DNA of 64,000 nucleotides from NCBI GenBank assembly GCA_963755265.1, contig CAVWKV010000093.1, positions 2,772-66,771 of the forward strand. The letters run 5' to 3'. Shown here in pieces: positions 49,481 to 60,127 of this stretch (position 1 is the stretch's first letter; each line of letters begins with the position of its first letter). Position numbers and translations under genes: made by a program. The DNA is from an uncultured Methanomassiliicoccales archaeon. Its GTDB lineage: Archaea; Thermoplasmatota; Thermoplasmata; Methanomassiliicoccales; UBA472. The notes below the pieces were generated by a model. It worked only from the letters and a program-made list of their open reading frames with translations. It did not search any database and was not told where the DNA came from.

Positions 49481-50220
49481 ATCCTCTTTGCCACGTAATA
49501 AGCGATACCGAACACCGCCATGACCGTCGCTGCCATTAGCACGACGGCAATCAGCAGACTTTTCGTAGCTAGCAGTCCTTCTGCCACGAAGGCTATGAAT
49601 CCCACAATCGCCACCGACAGGTAGGAGGCCGAACTCCTGATGGGGAACTCCGCCGCGAACACCTCGCCCGAAGTGGCGCTAACCACTACGTTGTAACGTT
49701 TCTGCTCGAAGACATAATCGATGGTCCATATCGGGAAATACACCAGGGCTTGCTCCTTCGGTTTTCCCGGCAGGCTATTCATGTATGATGACATCTCAAT
49801 GTCCGGCTTAATCATCTCGGCACCGCCGGTGTCAAACTTGTTGTCGAATACCTTCATGTCGCCAGCTGGTACCTTGAGGCTGTGCAGTCCGGGCAAGGTC
49901 GTCGATCCGGCGGGCTCCACCTGCACCTGCTCCACACCGTTGATATCACGCTTGAACAGGTAGACCGGAAAATATTCCTTCTTTGCCCCGACAACCTGGG
50001 CTGACCTGTCCAGGTCCTTGGCCTTGGTCGGGCCACTGGCCCATCGCCGGAAAGTGCCAATGGCGTTGTTCTGGTCGATCATGAACGGGACCGCATAGTA
50101 GAACCCGGCCCCGCTTCGGTCGATGTAGATCAACGAACCGCAATATGTGCAATGGACGAACTTGTCCTTCGCGTCGAATTCTACCGGTGCTGCACATTTG
50201 GGACAATTGACGCTTGCCAT
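49477..50220 (-). CDS. Zinc-ribbon membrane protein (YdjG-like paralog)
   Basis: CPKCA...CTYCG, YFPVY, YFPIW and two C-terminal TM segments. ATG at 50220. Confidence 0.8.
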   Translation of the reverse strand: MASVNCPKCAAPVEFDAKDKFVHCTYCGSLIYIDRSGAGFYYAVPFMIDQNNAIGTFRRWASGPTKAKDLDRSAQVVGAKKEYFPVYLFKRDINGVEQVQVEPAGSTTLPGLHSLKVPAGDMKVFDNKFDTGGAEMIKPDIEMSSYMNSLPGKPKEQALVYFPIWTIDYVFEQKRYNVVVSATSGEVFAAEFPIRSSASYLSVAIVGFIAFVAEGLLATKSLLIAVVLMAATVMAVFGIAYYVAKRM

Positions 50221-50231
50221 CGTTTTTTCCC

Positions 50232-51353
50232 TCAGAAGGTCGTTCCGCACTCGGGGCAGAACTTGGCCCCCGCCGGGGATTCGGTGCCGCACTTGGGGCA
50301 CTTTTTGGTCGCCTTCATCGGGTTCCCGCACTCGGGGCAGAACTTGGCGTCGACGTTAACTTTAGCACCACACTTGGGACAAGGCACCGTTTCCACGATT
50401 AGCTTGGCTCCACATGAATTGCAAAACTTTGCCCCCGCGATGTTGGTAGCGCCACACTTAGGACATAGCATGACCTGCTGGGGCTGGGGTGGCGTAGCTC
50501 CGGGAGCAGGTTGCTGGCCACCACTCCTCATCGAGTCCATCATAGTATATCCCATGCCCATACCAGCACCAAGACCGACGCCAACGCCGGCAGCACCGCC
50601 AGAGGGGTTGGTCGCCGCTTCACGCATGGCCTGTCCGCTCTGATACTGGACATAGTTCGTCCCGGTAATTTGCATGGAGGCCCTGGTATCGACCGCCTTC
50701 TGCACTTCATCGGGTAGGGAGACATAGAGACCGGATATCTTGTCGATGCCGACACCATATAAGGCAAAGTTGTCATTAGTCTTGGAGAGCACGATCTGCT
50801 CGATGTTCGGCAGACTGCTGGCCAGGTCCGCGACCCCCATTCCCTGGTTCTTCATGTCACCGATGGCGGAATAGACCAATAGCACTATCTGTTCTTTGAT
50901 GCGCTCTTCTACCTCGGCGCTGGTGGCAAAATTGAGCGTTCCGATAAACTGGTTTACGAAGTTCTCCGGATTCGATACCTTATACCTGAACTCGCCGAAG
51001 ACACGAAGGTTGACCATACCAAACTCCTTGTCCCGGAACTGGAATGGCTGTTTTGAGCCGAACTTTCCGTCAAATGCACGCTTCTGCAGATAGATGATTT
51101 CAGCCTGCTGTTGTGCACCTGAAAGTGCCTTGACCAGCTTTCCTACTATGGGGGCGTTGAGGTCGGTCAGGGCGTATCTCTCCGGCCGGTCCATGTACGC
51201 CAGGACCTTTCCATCCCGGTAGAACGCCGCTATTTCGTCCTCACGCACTACGACATTATCTCCATATTTGATGTTCCGGTTCATGCGGAACATGATATTG
51301 AGACGCTTGTCCTGGTCTTCCCACTTGAACGTTTCAGCGCCGATTAATGCCAT
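50232..51353 (-). CDS. SPFH/band-7 domain protein with C-terminal zinc ribbons (YdjI-like)
   Basis: VVREDEIAAFYRDGK, LRVFGEF, GAAGVGVGLGAGMGMG and three CPKCG...FC repeats. Confidence 0.88.
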   Translation of the reverse strand: MALIGAETFKWEDQDKRLNIMFRMNRNIKYGDNVVVREDEIAAFYRDGKVLAYMDRPERYALTDLNAPIVGKLVKALSGAQQQAEIIYLQKRAFDGKFGSKQPFQFRDKEFGMVNLRVFGEFRYKVSNPENFVNQFIGTLNFATSAEVEERIKEQIVLLVYSAIGDMKNQGMGVADLASSLPNIEQIVLSKTNDNFALYGVGIDKISGLYVSLPDEVQKAVDTRASMQITGTNYVQYQSGQAMREAATNPSGGAAGVGVGLGAGMGMGYTMMDSMRSGGQQPAPGATPPQPQQVMLCPKCGATNIAGAKFCNSCGAKLIVETVPCPKCGAKVNVDAKFCPECGNPMKATKKCPKCGTESPAGAKFCPECGTTF

Positions 51354-51359
51354 TTAGAA

Positions 51360-51893
51360 TCACACTCCTATTCCCTGGATCGTGGAAATCCGTTTTGCGA
51401 ACTTCTCTTCGAAGCCGACGATGCGCATCCTAACATTCTTTAGCTGCTCCGACATGCTGGCTTCATCGTTCTGGTCCAAAGCGGTCCGGAGATCGCCTAT
51501 CGATTGCTCAATGAAATTGAGGTTATCTATCATTCCAGAATCATATTCGTACAACTGATTGAGTTCGGGCACGTCGATGCGTATGTCCGCCCGTATTCCT
51601 GAATATCCAGATTCACCATGTGCGACGAGCCCCTCGATCTTCTTGTACTCGTTGACTATGCCTCCGACGACGGTTAGGTTCTTTGACATAGGGTTGCTTG
51701 TAACGAGCGTTTGCCGGAACTCCTCCAATTCCGTGCGTTGGAGCGCGAGCCGTTTGCTGAGTTCGAGCCTCAGCATCTTGTCCGAGTTCCTCAGGTCCTC
51801 TCTGAGCCTATATCCACGATACCCTGGGACCATTAGCTGTATCTTCTTGATCAGCCCCCGGTCCTCCTCAACCTTTTGCCTAATGTCTGGCAT
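51360..51893 (-). CDS. Conserved helical protein, first gene of the SPFH operon
   Basis: PGYRGY...DKMLR, GYSG and LYEYD. Lies 6 nt from the SPFH gene. Confidence 0.75.
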   Translation of the reverse strand: MPDIRQKVEEDRGLIKKIQLMVPGYRGYRLREDLRNSDKMLRLELSKRLALQRTELEEFRQTLVTSNPMSKNLTVVGGIVNEYKKIEGLVAHGESGYSGIRADIRIDVPELNQLYEYDSGMIDNLNFIEQSIGDLRTALDQNDEASMSEQLKNVRMRIVGFEEKFAKRISTIQGIGV

Positions 51894-51972
51894 AGTGAAC
51901 CTTCCTGACTGGGTTATAACGCTAGTTAGATTATTAAAATGTCGTCCTTACGCTGCGCTGGCGCATGAACCG

Positions 51973-52656
51973 CTAGGGTATCGTAGTGATCACCTTCTCC
52001 TTACTGAGGAACCTGGCCAGGTAGAAAGTGAAGGCCAACAGTGCCGCAGCCACCAGGAACATGATTAGGAGCATAGGGAACGTGATCGCACCGGAGCCGC
52101 TCAATAGCTGTCCCGCAACGGAGATGCCGATGAAAAGCCCCAGGAACGTGAATATCCCGATGACCGTGTTCTCCTTCATTCCCAAGAGCAGCTGCGAATA
52201 GCCGATCAGTCCCACGACTGCGGCGGTGAACAGCGGCACCGTGACGATAATCTGCACGACGATGATGAGCGAAGGCAACAGGAGCGCGCTGGCCGCAGTA
52301 CTCGCGAGCAATATTACGAATGTAATGGAGATGAGAGATGCCAAGTATGCTACAATCGACACACCAATCAGCTTTCCCAACCATATCGTGCGGAGGTCCA
52401 GTGGAGTGCACAGGAGCGTCTCGATCACCCCATCCTTCTTCTCGTTGGAGAACACCGTGCCGGTAAGGAGATAACCCATCAACGCCCCGAGCATTGGTGC
52501 CATGAAGAATAACTGCTTGCTTAACGTTTCAGACGTCGTTCCTGCCGCTGTCTGGCCATTCAGCAAACCGAACCATAACGCGAAGAACACCGTAGAGATT
52601 ATGGTCCCTTTGGACGAAGTGATCTCGCGCATCTCTTTGACAGCTACAATCTTCAC
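51973..52656 (-). CDS. ABC-2 type permease
   Basis: KEMREI, EKKDGVIETLLCTPL...GK and 6 TM segments. Confidence 0.88.
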   Translation of the reverse strand: MKIVAVKEMREITSSKGTIISTVFFALWFGLLNGQTAAGTTSETLSKQLFFMAPMLGALMGYLLTGTVFSNEKKDGVIETLLCTPLDLRTIWLGKLIGVSIVAYLASLISITFVILLASTAASALLLPSLIIVVQIIVTVPLFTAAVVGLIGYSQLLLGMKENTVIGIFTFLGLFIGISVAGQLLSGSGAITFPMLLIMFLVAAALLAFTFYLARFLSKEKVITTIP

Positions 52657-52667
52657 TTGGTTTCAGT

Positions 52668-53597
52668 TCATGGTCCTCCCCCCGCCTGTTTGATTATGTC
52701 TATGTACACTTCTTCCAACGACCGTTTCATTCTTTTCGCTTCGGCCACTCGGACGTCGCTCTTCACCAAGCGCTCAATCAAATCATCGGACGAGACAGTG
52801 TCGATCGCCACCTCCGTGACCGCACCCTTGCGGAAGGTCCCGCCTTCCCCGACCAGGGTCGCCAACACCAATTGCGCCTTGTCCGCCATGGCCTCGTCCT
52901 TGAATGTGAACTCCATCATCGGCCGGCTGTACGATGATCGCATGTTCTCGACTGTGTCGTAGGCACGGATCGTTCCATGCTGTAGAATGGCGATCCGATT
53001 GCATACCCTTTGCACCTCATCCAGGTTGTGCGAGTTCAGAAACACCGTTATTTTCCTCTTTTTGGACATCTCCAGGATGATGTCCCTCATCATCTTCTGC
53101 GCTTCTGGGTCCAGACCGGAGGATGGCTCATCAAGGAACATAATCTCCGGGTCATGAATCATGGCCCTGGCCAATCCCAGACGCTGTTTCATGCCCTTGG
53201 AGAACTTTCCAGCTTTCTGGTTCCGTCGGTCAGTGAGCCCGACCAGTTCTAGCTGTTCCTTGATCCTCTGCTCCACATCGTTGACCCCGTAGAGCCTGGC
53301 AAAATACTGAAGGTTATCATGGGCGGTCAGCCGATCGTAGATGCCGTTCTTTTCCAGCAGGACGCCGACCCTCCTTCTCATGTCGCCGTCCGTCCCCATG
53401 TCCCTCCCGCTGATGAGGGCCTCACCGTGCGTGGGTTTGAGCAACCCGAGCATGATTCTCATCGTAGTGGTCTTGCCCGCACCATTGGGACCGAGATATC
53501 CGAAGATGTCCCCTTCCTCGACCTGAAAATTGACATTGCTCAAGACCCATCGGTCCTCGAACGATTTGGAAAGGCCTCTGACCTCGATGATGCTCAT
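52668..53597 (-). CDS. ABC transporter ATP-binding protein
   Basis: GPNGAGKTT, FSKGMKQR, LDEP and SH. Confidence 0.95.
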   Translation of the reverse strand: MSIIEVRGLSKSFEDRWVLSNVNFQVEEGDIFGYLGPNGAGKTTTMRIMLGLLKPTHGEALISGRDMGTDGDMRRRVGVLLEKNGIYDRLTAHDNLQYFARLYGVNDVEQRIKEQLELVGLTDRRNQKAGKFSKGMKQRLGLARAMIHDPEIMFLDEPSSGLDPEAQKMMRDIILEMSKKRKITVFLNSHNLDEVQRVCNRIAILQHGTIRAYDTVENMRSSYSRPMMEFTFKDEAMADKAQLVLATLVGEGGTFRKGAVTEVAIDTVSSDDLIERLVKSDVRVAEAKRMKRSLEEVYIDIIKQAGGGP

Positions 53598-54164
53598 TTC
53601 AAATCCTCGGTTCAAACTGCATTATTCCACTATCCCCGACAAGCGTCCTACCGATAAGGATATTCGGTTTCTTTGAGGATTTGGTAAGATCCATAACATT
53701 ACATGATGCCCTTTCAGTCCCAACAATAAATCAGCATTATTCTCCCTTCCTCGATACGCGTCTAGCTGATATCAGTGGTTCGGAAATTGTAATAATATTA
53801 TTTGTTAATTAGAATCATTATTTGTCCCCGACATCGCCGCTCCGACAACGTATGCCTCGCAGGTGACCGGTATTGAGATCTTCGACCAGATTTCTGCCAG
53901 AATGATATCAGGTACACATGAGTTCGGGATAAGTTAAATCACCGCAAGATCGAACCTTTCGGCATTCCCTTTTTGACTACGATATTTTCAGACGATCATT
54001 CAACGACAATTCATTCTGAGCTTTGATCGAAAAGCAGGATGGTTTATCCATCCATCTAATTTTAAGCCAGTCACTAAAAGATTTCGGATTTTTCCGTAAA
54101 GATAGCATCCAATGAGATTCAAACGGCAAAAGCATTAATATCGACTAACGCATTGACTTTTTAC

Positions 54165-54323
54165 GTTCAGCTCAGGGGAAAATGAGCTAGAATCGTTCTG
54201 GGGAACGAAAAGCGGACTTTCTTAGGAGGAGAGGATCGCATAGGAGCGATGAGCCACCGGCCCAATGAACTCCAAACACCTTCAAACCAAGGTACGAGGT
54301 CGATGACGGCCTCTACCTTTTTT
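54165..54323 (+). ncRNA. Candidate multi-hairpin sRNA with GGA-rich loops
   Basis: BRE/TATA-like CAAAAGCATTAATA upstream, four short hairpins, a closing GTTCA/TGAAC stem, and a terminal hairpin plus T6. Confidence 0.55.
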
Positions 54324-54422
54324 AGATCGTCCGATTTCTCTGAACGTCTGTTGTTCTATTCTTATCCAGAGCGCATAGGTTAATTTAATCTGGATTGAAT
54401 CCCTTCATATCGGAGGCCCTCC

Positions 54423-56516
54423 ATGGAACCAAAGCCCAAATTCTCCAACCATCTCGCCGATGAGAAGAGTCCCTACCTCATCATGCACTCACATAATCCG
54501 GTCGATTGGTATCCTTGGGGAGAGGCAGCATTCGCCGAGGCAAAACGCACTGGAAGACCGGTCTTCCTTTCCATTGGCTATTCTTCCTGTCACTGGTGCC
54601 ATGTAATGGAACGCGAGTCGTTCGAGGACGAGGATGTGGCGAAGGTCCTGAACAGTAAATTCGTATCCGTCAAGGTAGACCGGGAAGAGAGGCCGGACAT
54701 CGATGAGCTCTACATGAAGGCGTGCCAGGCAATGACCGGAGGGGGCGGTTGGCCCCTCACCATCGTCATGACACCGGACAAAGTCCCTTTCTTTGCCACC
54801 ACATACATTCCGCGGGACGGACGGTTCGGAATGTCAGACATCGTCACCGTCCTAAATGCGATAGCTACCGCCTGGCAGGACGAGCAGGCCGAGATACATG
54901 GCATCACAACGACCATTCTGAAGGAGATATCAGCAATGGAGATCGTCAGGCCCGGAGAACCGAACATAAAGTACTTGGACGATACATACAAAGGTCTACG
55001 GAAGACGTTTGAGGAAAAGTTCGGCGGTTTCGAGAAGTCTCCGAAATTTCCCATTCCTCACAAGCTCATTTTCCTGCTCCGCTTCTGGCATGACACGGGA
55101 AACGCGGACGCATTGAACATGGCGGATTGGACCCTTGTCAACATGATGCTTGGAGGGATCCATGATCATGTCGGGGGAGGATTCCACCGCTATTCCACCG
55201 ACGAACAGTGGATATTGCCCCATTTCGAGAAGATGCTCTACGACCAGGCTTTGATCAGCATGGTTTACGCGGAGGCCTATCAAGCGACTGGAAAAGACAA
55301 TTTCCGACGGGTTGCCAAGGCCACGATAGAGTATGTCCTCAAGGACCTCTCTTCCGTGGAGGGGGCGTTTTGCGCATCGGAGGATGCGGACAGCGAGGGA
55401 GTGGAAGGCAAGTTCTATACCTGGACATATGATGAAATCAAGGATATACTGAAGGACATGAGGCCCGAGATCTTCATGCAATGCTACGATGTTCGTCCTG
55501 AGGGAAGCATCGGATCGGGTATAGAGGGCGATATCGATCGGAACCTGTTACATCTGATCGCCGACCACGACACGCTGGCCGCCAAATTTGACATGAGCCC
55601 TGGCGAGATGGTCGACTATTTGGAGACCTGTACGGAAATACTACGATCGGTGCGTGACCTTCGGGTCCGGCCGGCCAAGGACGACAAGGTCCTCACAGAT
55701 TGGAACGGCCTGATGATCGCGGCGTTGGCCAAGGCCGGCAGGGCGTTCGGTGAGGAAAGGTACCTACAAGCCGCCAAACGGGCCGTGGACGCCATCGAAT
55801 CGCTTTTGGCCTCACCGGAAGAAGGCCTCCAACACATGTATCGGGACGGAGAGGCAAGAGTGAACGGGATGCTCACCGATCATGCATACTATATCTGGGG
55901 TTTATTGGAATTGTTCCAGGCCACATTCGAGTATCGTTATCTGGACAGAGCCTTGGATTATACCAGGAGGACAATCGACCTCTTCAGTGACGAAGGGGGA
56001 GGTTTCTTCAACTCAGTGGCAAAGGATGATCTGGTGCTGCTGAGCAAGGAGATATCGGATGGGGCCATGCCGTCGGGGAACTCGGTCATGGCATACGACC
56101 TAGCTTTGTTGTCAACGATGGTAGATGATGAGGAATTTCGTAAAACCGCCATGGCATCGACGAAGCATTACAACTTCTACCTCAGCCAAGTGCCGGACGC
56201 TTTATCGTTCTTCATGATGGGGCTTAGGATGCTTCTGAGGCCGAGCCAAGAGCTGGTCATCTCCGGTGACCCCAGCGATGAACGGACGAGGGCGATGCTC
56301 GATGCTGCGAACTCGGTCTATCTGCCGTACACCGTATTGATGTTCAATCCGATACGGAAGGGTAAACCATCGGGATGCAAGAACCTTGCCAGTTTGAAGG
56401 ATAAGACGCTGCTTGACGGCCTCGCGACCGCATATCTGTGCCAGAACGGAAGCTGTCAAAGACCGACGAACGATGTCGACGAGCTGATGGACATGCTAAG
56501 ATCGGATAGGCGCTAG
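54423..56516 (+). CDS. Thioredoxin-domain protein YyaL/DUF255 family
   Basis: SPYL...[37 protein letters not shown] and [10 protein letters not shown]. Confidence 0.93.
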   Translation: MEPKPKFSNHLADEKSPYLIMHSHNPVDWYPWGEAAFAEAKRTGRPVFLSIGYSSCHWCHVMERESFEDEDVAKVLNSKFVSVKVDREERPDIDELYMKACQAMTGGGGWPLTIVMTPDKVPFFATTYIPRDGRFGMSDIVTVLNAIATAWQDEQAEIHGITTTILKEISAMEIVRPGEPNIKYLDDTYKGLRKTFEEKFGGFEKSPKFPIPHKLIFLLRFWHDTGNADALNMADWTLVNMMLGGIHDHVGGGFHRYSTDEQWILPHFEKMLYDQALISMVYAEAYQATGKDNFRRVAKATIEYVLKDLSSVEGAFCASEDADSEGVEGKFYTWTYDEIKDILKDMRPEIFMQCYDVRPEGSIGSGIEGDIDRNLLHLIADHDTLAAKFDMSPGEMVDYLETCTEILRSVRDLRVRPAKDDKVLTDWNGLMIAALAKAGRAFGEERYLQAAKRAVDAIESLLASPEEGLQHMYRDGEARVNGMLTDHAYYIWGLLELFQATFEYRYLDRALDYTRRTIDLFSDEGGGFFNSVAKDDLVLLSKEISDGAMPSGNSVMAYDLALLSTMVDDEEFRKTAMASTKHYNFYLSQVPDALSFFMMGLRMLLRPSQELVISGDPSDERTRAMLDAANSVYLPYTVLMFNPIRKGKPSGCKNLASLKDKTLLDGLATAYLCQNGSCQRPTNDVDELMDMLRSDRR

Positions 56517-57289
56517 ACCTCCTCTGGGACCTTGGCCGGCACCTTGTCGACGTAGGTAACTTGAAAGCGGGATTGGAAACGGCGGAACGCCCGCATTACT
56601 GGTTTGCCCAGCGCCACAGTGAACACCACGTTGCCTCCGGCGTGCAGGATACCAAAGGGCAGGCCCATGCCGAACACCGCTAAGAAGTTCGCCGCGTTCA
56701 TGTTGTACAACCAAACCCAACTGCTGAAGTCGAGCATCTCGTTGTACATCCATCCAAGCGCAAAACAGAGTATCGCCATCTTAGTGATGCTCATTTCCTG
56801 ATGCCGCTTCCCGATGAGACCGGAGATGAAACCGACCATGCCCCAACCGGCCATCTGCCAAATGGTCCAAGGCCCCTGACCGAGAAAAAGGTTCGACACG
56901 ACCGCGGTAGTGCCGCCCACCATAAACCCGGCCAATGGTCCGAACACTAGGCCGACCGCCATAATCAGAAAAGTGCATGGCTGAACGCTCGGTATGGCAG
57001 CGAACGGAATGCGCGAGGCGGCAATAATCGCGCCTAGGATCCCGATCAGAGCCACTTCCTTGGAACTGACAGAGGTCTCCTCGAACCGGCCGAAGAAAGT
57101 GACGAGGAGCAACAGCATGAAGGCATTAGTGAGCAAGGCCGCATAGGTTCTCAGGCTCGAAGAATCGATGAACGTGAGATAGAGTATGAACGCTCCGACG
57201 AGGATGGTAGTGACCATCGGTACAGCGGATTTGTAAGTGATCGGTGAATGTGGCCTCACGTTCACCGTTTCCATCGTCGTCGCCTCCAT
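56513..57289 (-). CDS. ECF transporter S component (CbrT-like, probable cobalamin)
   Basis: [20 protein letters not shown] and H...N. Confidence 0.85.
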   Translation of the reverse strand: MEATTMETVNVRPHSPITYKSAVPMVTTILVGAFILYLTFIDSSSLRTYAALLTNAFMLLLLVTFFGRFEETSVSSKEVALIGILGAIIAASRIPFAAIPSVQPCTFLIMAVGLVFGPLAGFMVGGTTAVVSNLFLGQGPWTIWQMAGWGMVGFISGLIGKRHQEMSITKMAILCFALGWMYNEMLDFSSWVWLYNMNAANFLAVFGMGLPFGILHAGGNVVFTVALGKPVMRAFRRFQSRFQVTYVDKVPAKVPEEV

Positions 57290-57290
57290 C

Positions 57291-58751
57291 TCAAACCGCC
57301 CCCAGCTCTTCCTTGGCGATGGCCATCATCTCGTCCAATGGTATCTCGGTGAGGCATCCGTCCTTGAGCCGAAGGACCCGGCTCGAGTATTCGGCTATGA
57401 ACCGGTAGTCATGGGTGACCAGAATCGTGGTCTGTCCCTCCCCCCTGAGCTTCTCCAGGATGTCCCCCAACTTTGCCTTGTTCCACTGGTCAAGACCTCT
57501 GGTCGGCTCATCGAGTATCAGCACCTTGGGCCGAGCGACCAATATCGAGGCGAGTGCGGCCCTCTCCCTCTCACCGCAGCTAAGGTCCCGAGGAAACCGC
57601 TTGAGATATCTTTCCATGTCCAGGATCTTTAGGGCCCAGTTGATCCTCTCTCCCCATTCCTTTTCTTCAATCTTGAAGTTCCGAAGCGTGAACTTGAGCT
57701 CCTCTTCGAGGGATTCCTCGAAAAGGTAGTCGTTGGGGTTTTGGCCCAGATAGCCGATCGTCCGTGCGATGAACGCGGTCGTCATCCCAGCGATGTTCTT
57801 GCCGCTGACCTTGACTTCGCCGGTCCTTGGCCGCAATAGCCCGTTGAGGTTCTTCATCAGGGTGGACTTTCCGCTCCCATTGTCCCCGGTAATCGAGACC
57901 AGTTCACCGGTCTTCACCTTGAGGCCTAGGCTTTTGAGAACCTCCCGGTCATCATATCCGAAGCTGATACCCTCCGCCTCGATGATGTCCGGATTGCCAT
58001 CGGGGATGGCAATGTTTCGGCTCTCGGGCATGCTCAGAAGGCCCAGTCCTTTCATGTAGCCGATCATCTCGTCCCGCGGGCCATCCTTCAAGATGGTACC
58101 CTGATCCATCATTATGATCCGGTCTGGATAGTCTATGCACCGCTCGACGCGGTGCTCGACTAAGATGACCGATATTCCCAGCTCGCGGTTCATCTGCTTG
58201 AGGAACTCCAGGAACATGACAGCGTTATCTCCGTCCAGCTGTGACGTCGGCTCATCCAAAACGATGTATTTCGGACGCATCGCCAGGATCGATGCCATGG
58301 CCACCTTCTGCTTCTCGCCGCCGCTCAGTTCGGGGATGAATCTGGTCAGGTAACGTTTGAGGTCCAGGTACTCGGAATATTGCTGCACCCTTTCCTTCAT
58401 GGTCTCGGTCGGCACACACATGTTCTCCATGCCGAAGGCCATCTCATTCTCCACGTTGGTCATGACCAGCTGGTTCTCCGGGTCCTGGAAGACCATGCCG
58501 ACCAGGTTCGCATAGCCTGACGGCGTATGATATCTGGTATCCTTGCCATCGACGGTCACATGACCGGAGATTCTGCCGCCATAGAAATGAGGGATGAGCC
58601 CGTTCAGCGCCCGACAGAGCGTGGATTTTCCACATCCAGACCGGCCGAGGACGAGTATGAATTCCCCTTCCTTGATCTTGAGGTTCACGTCGATCAAGGA
58701 CCTGGTGTTCGCTCCGACATACTGGAACGAGAGCTTGTCGACCTCGATCAT
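57291..58751 (-). CDS. ECF transporter tandem ATPase (EcfA-A')
   Basis: Two ABC domains: GRSGCGKST/FQDPE/LSGGE and GDNGSGKST/QNP/LSCGE. Confidence 0.93.
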   Translation of the reverse strand: MIEVDKLSFQYVGANTRSLIDVNLKIKEGEFILVLGRSGCGKSTLCRALNGLIPHFYGGRISGHVTVDGKDTRYHTPSGYANLVGMVFQDPENQLVMTNVENEMAFGMENMCVPTETMKERVQQYSEYLDLKRYLTRFIPELSGGEKQKVAMASILAMRPKYIVLDEPTSQLDGDNAVMFLEFLKQMNRELGISVILVEHRVERCIDYPDRIIMMDQGTILKDGPRDEMIGYMKGLGLLSMPESRNIAIPDGNPDIIEAEGISFGYDDREVLKSLGLKVKTGELVSITGDNGSGKSTLMKNLNGLLRPRTGEVKVSGKNIAGMTTAFIARTIGYLGQNPNDYLFEESLEEELKFTLRNFKIEEKEWGERINWALKILDMERYLKRFPRDLSCGERERAALASILVARPKVLILDEPTRGLDQWNKAKLGDILEKLRGEGQTTILVTHDYRFIAEYSSRVLRLKDGCLTEIPLDEMMAIAKEELGAV

Positions 58752-59614
58752 CTCTTGCCTCCTATGAAGATCGGGGCCAGCATCAGCAAGATCAAGCTCA
58801 CTATCTCGAAGTCGACCGATGTCGGGTTGATGCCATATCCTTGAAGGTAATTAACCTGCCCGTAGCCCATAATGAACATGACCACCGAGAATATCATCGC
58901 GGCAAGGAAGGAGACCATCATCCCGATCTCCAACGGCGTGATCTTGGTGACCGTATAAGACGTCCTTTTACCAGAACCGAATCCCCTGGCCTCCATAGCC
59001 TCCGATATCCCTACAGAACGCTCAAGGGAGTTCAATAGCAAAGGCATGACAACGGGCGATCTGGACCGCGCCTTCTGTAACGCCCCGCCCTCGTCGAACT
59101 CCACTCCGCGTGCCCTCATCGCATCCATGATGTTGTGCGAATCTGCTGCGATGGTCGGGTACATCCGTGTAGATAGTGAGAACGAGGTGGTCGTCTTGTA
59201 TCCGAAGCGGGACATAGCCCGCAATGCCTCGTCCGGATGCACGATGAACGCCAGGAGCGAGAACGCCCCGACCGCCAGGAATAAACGCAGACACATGCTG
59301 GCGGCAAACAGCACCGATTCAGAGGTTATGGTCAGAATCCCGTAACTGAAGATGACGTTATATCCTGGAGTGAGAAAGATGTTGAACAGGAAAACGAAAG
59401 CCGCCACGTATACCGTATATTTCAGTAGGGAGAGCGTGGACCGCAGGACCTTGCCCGCTATCGCCACCAATAGGACGAAAAGAAAGAGTATGGCTAGGTA
59501 GACAATGTCAGAAAGGAGGACGGACATTGCGAACATAGCCACTACGAACATGATTTTAGGCCGCGCATCCAATTTATGAATCCTAGAGTTGGTGTCCTTG
59601 TATGGGAATATCAT
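58748..59614 (-). CDS. ECF transporter T component
   Basis: IHKLDARPK, AMRARG and AMEARGF. Confidence 0.92.
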   Translation of the reverse strand: MIFPYKDTNSRIHKLDARPKIMFVVAMFAMSVLLSDIVYLAILFLFVLLVAIAGKVLRSTLSLLKYTVYVAAFVFLFNIFLTPGYNVIFSYGILTITSESVLFAASMCLRLFLAVGAFSLLAFIVHPDEALRAMSRFGYKTTTSFSLSTRMYPTIAADSHNIMDAMRARGVEFDEGGALQKARSRSPVVMPLLLNSLERSVGISEAMEARGFGSGKRTSYTVTKITPLEIGMMVSFLAAMIFSVVMFIMGYGQVNYLQGYGINPTSVDFEIVSLILLMLAPIFIGGKR

Positions 59615-59615
59615 T

Positions 59616-60116
59616 TTAGCTACCCTGCAGGGTCATGAACTTCCAATTGACGATTTCGCCTCCTTTGAGGGTTATTTTGTCGCACGCAACCTGGCCATAG
59701 GCGCCGTTAACGTAATATTGCCAGCCCCTCCCGGGGTTCTCGTTGGCCACACCATCAATACTCAGAACGAGGGTCCCCATCCCGAGGTATGCCTGCTTTC
59801 CGATCAAAAAGCCCCCTATTCTCGAGCTTTCCATTAGCAGGTCCAACACATTCGAATTGAACGAGACGTTCACGAAGACGAATCGTGTTGTGCCGTTACC
59901 GCTTGCGTGCGTTTCATACGACCACACCCCGCTAGAATTGGTCCAGGTCGTGACATTGTTCCTAAAATGGTCTGGCGAGGCGTCGGCAAAATCGATGGTC
60001 ATGGTGGCGATCTTCTTTGCCCCAGTGCTGTTGCCTGGGAAAAGCCCCATCCCGCTCACCAGCACTATGGCTACCAATACGACAACAATGATCGTCACCA
60101 GAGTCCACCTTTTCAT
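59616..60116 (-). CDS. DUF4430 (transcobalamin-like C-terminal) membrane-anchored protein
   Basis: N-terminal TM segment and SIDGV...GWQYYVNG...W. Confidence 0.8.
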   Translation of the reverse strand: MKRWTLVTIIVVVLVAIVLVSGMGLFPGNSTGAKKIATMTIDFADASPDHFRNNVTTWTNSSGVWSYETHASGNGTTRFVFVNVSFNSNVLDLLMESSRIGGFLIGKQAYLGMGTLVLSIDGVANENPGRGWQYYVNGAYGQVACDKITLKGGEIVNWKFMTLQGS

Positions 60117-60127
60117 TTGCTTATCTC

